Source: Bryobacterales bacterium (GTDB lineage: Bacteria; Acidobacteriota; Terriglobia; Bryobacterales; UBA6623). From it: 64,000 nt of DNA. The translations under genes were made by a program, and so were the position numbers. Position 1 is the stretch's first letter. Each line of letters opens with the position of its first letter. Below the pieces are notes generated by a model, which saw only the letters and a program-made list of their open reading frames with translations, ran no database searches and was not told the DNA's origin. Shown here in pieces: positions 60,904 through 64,000 of the stretch. The DNA is taken from the NCBI GenBank assembly GCA_965214655.1, contig OZ243965.1, positions 4,186,431 to 4,250,430 of the forward strand, read 5' to 3'.

Positions 60904-61842
60904 ATGCCTGTGCAGTCAATGTCGGAGTTGCCCCGGCCTACCGAGAACCTGGAACGCATCAAGGCCGATATCGACGCGTTCGGCTACGGCCTGCTGGCCA
61001 ACGCGCTGAGCGCGGCGGAAACAACCGTCTTGCGCATACGCCTCGAGGAGCAGGCCGCGGCTGAAAGAAAGATCGGCGCCGCTTACCGCGACGCGGGCCC
61101 CGGCGGGGCCGGCGTCAACCAACGGCTCTACTTTCTGGTCAACAAGGGCCGGGTCTTCCGCAACCTGCTGCAACACCGGCGCGCCCGCGAGCTCGTCCGG
61201 CACATCCTCGGCGACGAATATCTCCTGTCGAGCTTCACCGCCAATATCGCCAACCCCGGCGGCATCGTGCAGCCGCACACGGACCAATGGTGGATGCCGC
61301 CGCCGACCTATCCGGGCAAGACCGTCGTGCGTCCGGGATCGATAACCCGCGAAAAGGCGCGCGGCGCCCACATGGGCGGCGAAGCGACGACCGGTCTGCC
61401 GATGATTCCGCCCGCCGTGGCCTGCAACGTCATGTGGATGCTCACCGATTTCACCGAGGAAAACGGCGCCACCTGCGTTGCCCCGGGCAGCCACCTCCTG
61501 GGTCGTCAACCCGACCCCGAGATCGACCCCGAAATCGACTGGGTTCCAGCGGCGGCGCCCGCCGGGACCGCGATGATCTTCGAGGGCCGCCTCTGGCACA
61601 GCACCGGCGCCAATCGCGGAACGACGCCGCGGCTTGGGGCGCTGAACTATTTCTGCGCCCCTCAATTCCGTCAGCAGGAGAATCTGACCCTCGGCGTTTC
61701 ACAGGAAGTTCTGGATGAGGCCGACGCGGACCTGCTGGCGCTGTTGGGGTTCAAGACCTGGAGCGGATACGGTCGGGTCGAAAGTCCGCGGCAATCCTTT
61801 GTGGTCCGGGGAGAAACGGGTTTGGGCGAGCTACGCCCTTGA
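60904..61842 (+). CDS. Phytanoyl-CoA dioxygenase (PhyH) family Fe/2OG oxygenase
   Basis: HTD, MLTDFTEENGAT, LWHSTGAN, RQQEN; start may be 60919. Confidence 0.9.
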   Translation: MPVQSMSELPRPTENLERIKADIDAFGYGLLANALSAAETTVLRIRLEEQAAAERKIGAAYRDAGPGGAGVNQRLYFLVNKGRVFRNLLQHRRARELVRHILGDEYLLSSFTANIANPGGIVQPHTDQWWMPPPTYPGKTVVRPGSITREKARGAHMGGEATTGLPMIPPAVACNVMWMLTDFTEENGATCVAPGSHLLGRQPDPEIDPEIDWVPAAAPAGTAMIFEGRLWHSTGANRGTTPRLGALNYFCAPQFRQQENLTLGVSQEVLDEADADLLALLGFKTWSGYGRVESPRQSFVVRGETGLGELRP

Positions 61843-61873
61843 GCCGCGCCCCTGAAGTATACTCAATCCGCTC

Positions 61874-63118
61874 ATGACGCCGCCGGAGTCCCGCAGCCGG
61901 GCGGAAGTTCCCTGGTTCCTGATCTTCGTCCTGCTCGGCTCGACGACGATCAACTACATCGACCGCGTGGCCATTTCCGTTCTCGCGCCCACGCTGCGCG
62001 ATGAGTTCGGCATGTCGAACTCGGCCTACGGCTGGGTCATCAACGCCTTTCAAGTCGGCTACATGATTTTTTACAGCATCGGCGGCCGGCTCGGCGACCG
62101 CTGGGGCGTGCGTTTCGCCTTGACCGTTTACGTGCTGTGGTGGTCCGGCGCCGGCATGTTGCACGCGCTGACGACCGGCGCGCTGACGCTGGGCGTTTTC
62201 CGTTTCCTGCTGGCGGTCGGAGAAGGCGGAACCTGGCCGACCGTGCTGAAGGGCGTCGCCCAGAACGTGCCCGGGCCGCTGCGCTCGCTGGCGATGGGCA
62301 TCGTCAACAGCGGCTCGGCCATCGGCGCCGTCATCACGCCGCCGCTGGTCGGTTGGCTGGCGCTCAACTGGGGCTGGCGGACGGCGTTTCTCGCCACCGG
62401 AATGCTGGGCATCCTCTGGCTGCCGTTCTGGCGGGTTGCCGTCAGCCGCGCGGACGCCGCGGCGCCGCAAGCGAAGGTCAAGAGCGCTTCCTGGCTGCGG
62501 CTGCTGCAATACAGGCAGGCGTGGGCGGTCGCGGTCTGCCGCGGAGTCGGCGACCCGATGTACAACTTCTACCTCTTCTGGCTGCCGGAATATTTCGCCC
62601 GCGAACGCGGGTTGGATCTCGCCGGCATCGCCGCCGTCGCCTGGATTCCCTTCCTGGCGGCGGATATCGGCAACCTTTTGGGCGGCGGCCTCACTTCCTG
62701 GCTGATCGCCCGCAGCTGGACGGTCCACCGCGCCCGCAGGACGGTAATGTGGCTTGCCGCGGCGGGCACAATGGCGGGCATGGCCACGACTTTTGTCGAA
62801 AGCCTCTCCGCCGGCTTGGCGGTGCTGGCGCTGACCTGTCTGTTCTTCATGACTTGGTCGGTCAACGTCATGATTCTGCCCTCCGACTGGTTTTCGCACC
62901 GCAACGTCGGCACGGTTCTCGGGCTGTCCGGAACCGTCAACGGCGTCGGCAACATCATCAAGAACGTCGTCGTGGGTCTCGTGCTCGACAGAACGGGCAG
63001 TTACCGCGCGGTCTTCATCGGCATGGGCCTTCTCGTGCCGGCGGCGCAAACGCTGCTGACGCTCATCGGCGGCCGCATCGAGCGTCTCGACGGCGGAGAA
63101 ACCGCGCAACAGCCCTGA
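61874..63118 (+). CDS. MFS transporter, ExuT/ACS-like
   Basis: INYIDR, GRLGDRWG, FRFLLAVGEG, FWLPEY. Confidence 0.9.
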   Translation: MTPPESRSRAEVPWFLIFVLLGSTTINYIDRVAISVLAPTLRDEFGMSNSAYGWVINAFQVGYMIFYSIGGRLGDRWGVRFALTVYVLWWSGAGMLHALTTGALTLGVFRFLLAVGEGGTWPTVLKGVAQNVPGPLRSLAMGIVNSGSAIGAVITPPLVGWLALNWGWRTAFLATGMLGILWLPFWRVAVSRADAAAPQAKVKSASWLRLLQYRQAWAVAVCRGVGDPMYNFYLFWLPEYFARERGLDLAGIAAVAWIPFLAADIGNLLGGGLTSWLIARSWTVHRARRTVMWLAAAGTMAGMATTFVESLSAGLAVLALTCLFFMTWSVNVMILPSDWFSHRNVGTVLGLSGTVNGVGNIIKNVVVGLVLDRTGSYRAVFIGMGLLVPAAQTLLTLIGGRIERLDGGETAQQP

Positions 63119-63353
63119 CCCGCCCGCAGGCCGGAGCGGCCCTTCGCCGTCAACCGTAATCCGCTCCTTGCGGACTCCGAATTGCCGTCTGCCGCGACGC
63201 TTGCAACCGACGAGCGGCGCGACAGGCTCGCCGTTGCGGGCAATCGCAACCTCTTCGCTCGCCCCGGCTGACAGGCTAAACAACAGAGGTCTTTGCTCGA
63301 TGGACGTTTATCGCCGGCCTGGCAGGTTTCCTGGGTCTTGGGGTTAGTATTCG

Positions 63354-64000
63354 CTAGTCCTCTTGTTCCTCGAATAGCGATAAAGCTGCAAAAGCGGTCG
63401 TTTCGCTTCGGTTTTCCCCTGAAGAACCGGCCTTCGTTGTTTTCCGAACAGATCCTTTCTGGATTGTGAAAGGGCGCTTCCTACCGCCGTCCTGTGCAAG
63501 TTTTTCGGTGTGTTCATTCTTCCACATTATGCCGGGCCGCGGCACTCGGTAATAGTTTGAGATGTCTTCCGGTTTGGCGGCGGGTTTGGCGGCCTCCAGC
63601 GGGTCACGAATAAAGCGTCCGAGAGATGCCTCGCAATATTCTTTCAAAAGCTCTATGCAAATCCAGTGGCGCTTCATGCGCTCACAAACCTCTCCAGTCA
63701 CGCAGCTGCCGGCAAAAGGGTCGACTACAAGGTCATCGGGCTCGGTCAACATGCGAATGAAGTATTCGGGCAACTCCGCCGGGTAACGGGCGGGGTGCGG
63801 CTTGAAACCTTTTTGCTCGCAATAACGGAGATAGAAGCTATTGCTTTCAGTGTTTGGAATTGCAATGAGGTTTGGCGGAATTGCGGCGCCGTTATTAGTG
63901 TTGAACTTCTCGCTGATATCATGACCGGATGGGCGCTTCTTGGCCTTGTAACCTTTGGTCAGGAGTTCTTCCATGCTCTGGCTGTAGGGCTGGAGTACGC
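63354..64000 (-). CDS. Site-specific DNA methyltransferase (beta-class N4-C/N6-A, M.PvuII-like), 3' part
   Basis: HPARYPAELPEYFIRMLT, VVDPFAGSCVTG motif I; frame open to the window edge; lower GC. Confidence 0.87.
   Translation of the reverse strand, partial: VLQPYSQSMEELLTKGYKAKKRPSGHDISEKFNTNNGAAIPPNLIAIPNTESNSFYLRYCEQKGFKPHPARYPAELPEYFIRMLTEPDDLVVDPFAGSCVTGEVCERMKRHWICIELLKEYCEASLGRFIRDPLEAAKPAAKPEDISNYYRVPRPGIMWKNEHTEKLAQDGGRKRPFTIQKGSVRKTTKAGSSGENRSETTAFAALSLFEEQED

Overview
This is a GC-rich bacterial chromosomal segment, most likely from Acidobacteriota (Bryobacterales-like). The assignment is an inference from the Oar-type TonB receptor, the DUF1592/DUF1552 pair, an S1 paralogue and several Acidobacteria-type hypothetical genes. 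NHL repeats, FGE and PhyH genes are compatible with a host-associated (e.g. sponge) lifestyle. The housekeeping backbone comprises tRNA-Gly/tRNA-Cys, rnj, nrdJ with tandem NrdR-like boxes, eno, an rpsA-like gene, hisS, fdhA, an RND efflux operon and several transporters. A ~13 kb decaying accessory block spans 20.5-33.6 kb. It holds an IS1634 with a nested IS481, a methyltransferase/polysaccharide deacetylase pair and a broken NHL-repeat gene. It also holds a back-to-back train IS1380-IS5-ISAzo13-IS5' whose junctions are only (A/C)TAA or TAA, ended by an IS3 that abuts the truncated IS5'. Other candidates are a lower-GC two-gene module (73-aa protein + SDH/ClpP-fold serine protease) behind an orphan IS481 end, a PD-(D/E)XK/NucS-like protein, and a catalytically degenerate HtrA/PDZ protein translationally coupled to a cation/H+ antiporter. 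A FitAB toxin-antitoxin pair and a partial N4-cytosine-type DNA methyltransferase at the right edge are also present. No CRISPR array, rRNA, integrase or reverse transcriptase was seen. Product calls come from motif recognition by eye, not database searches.
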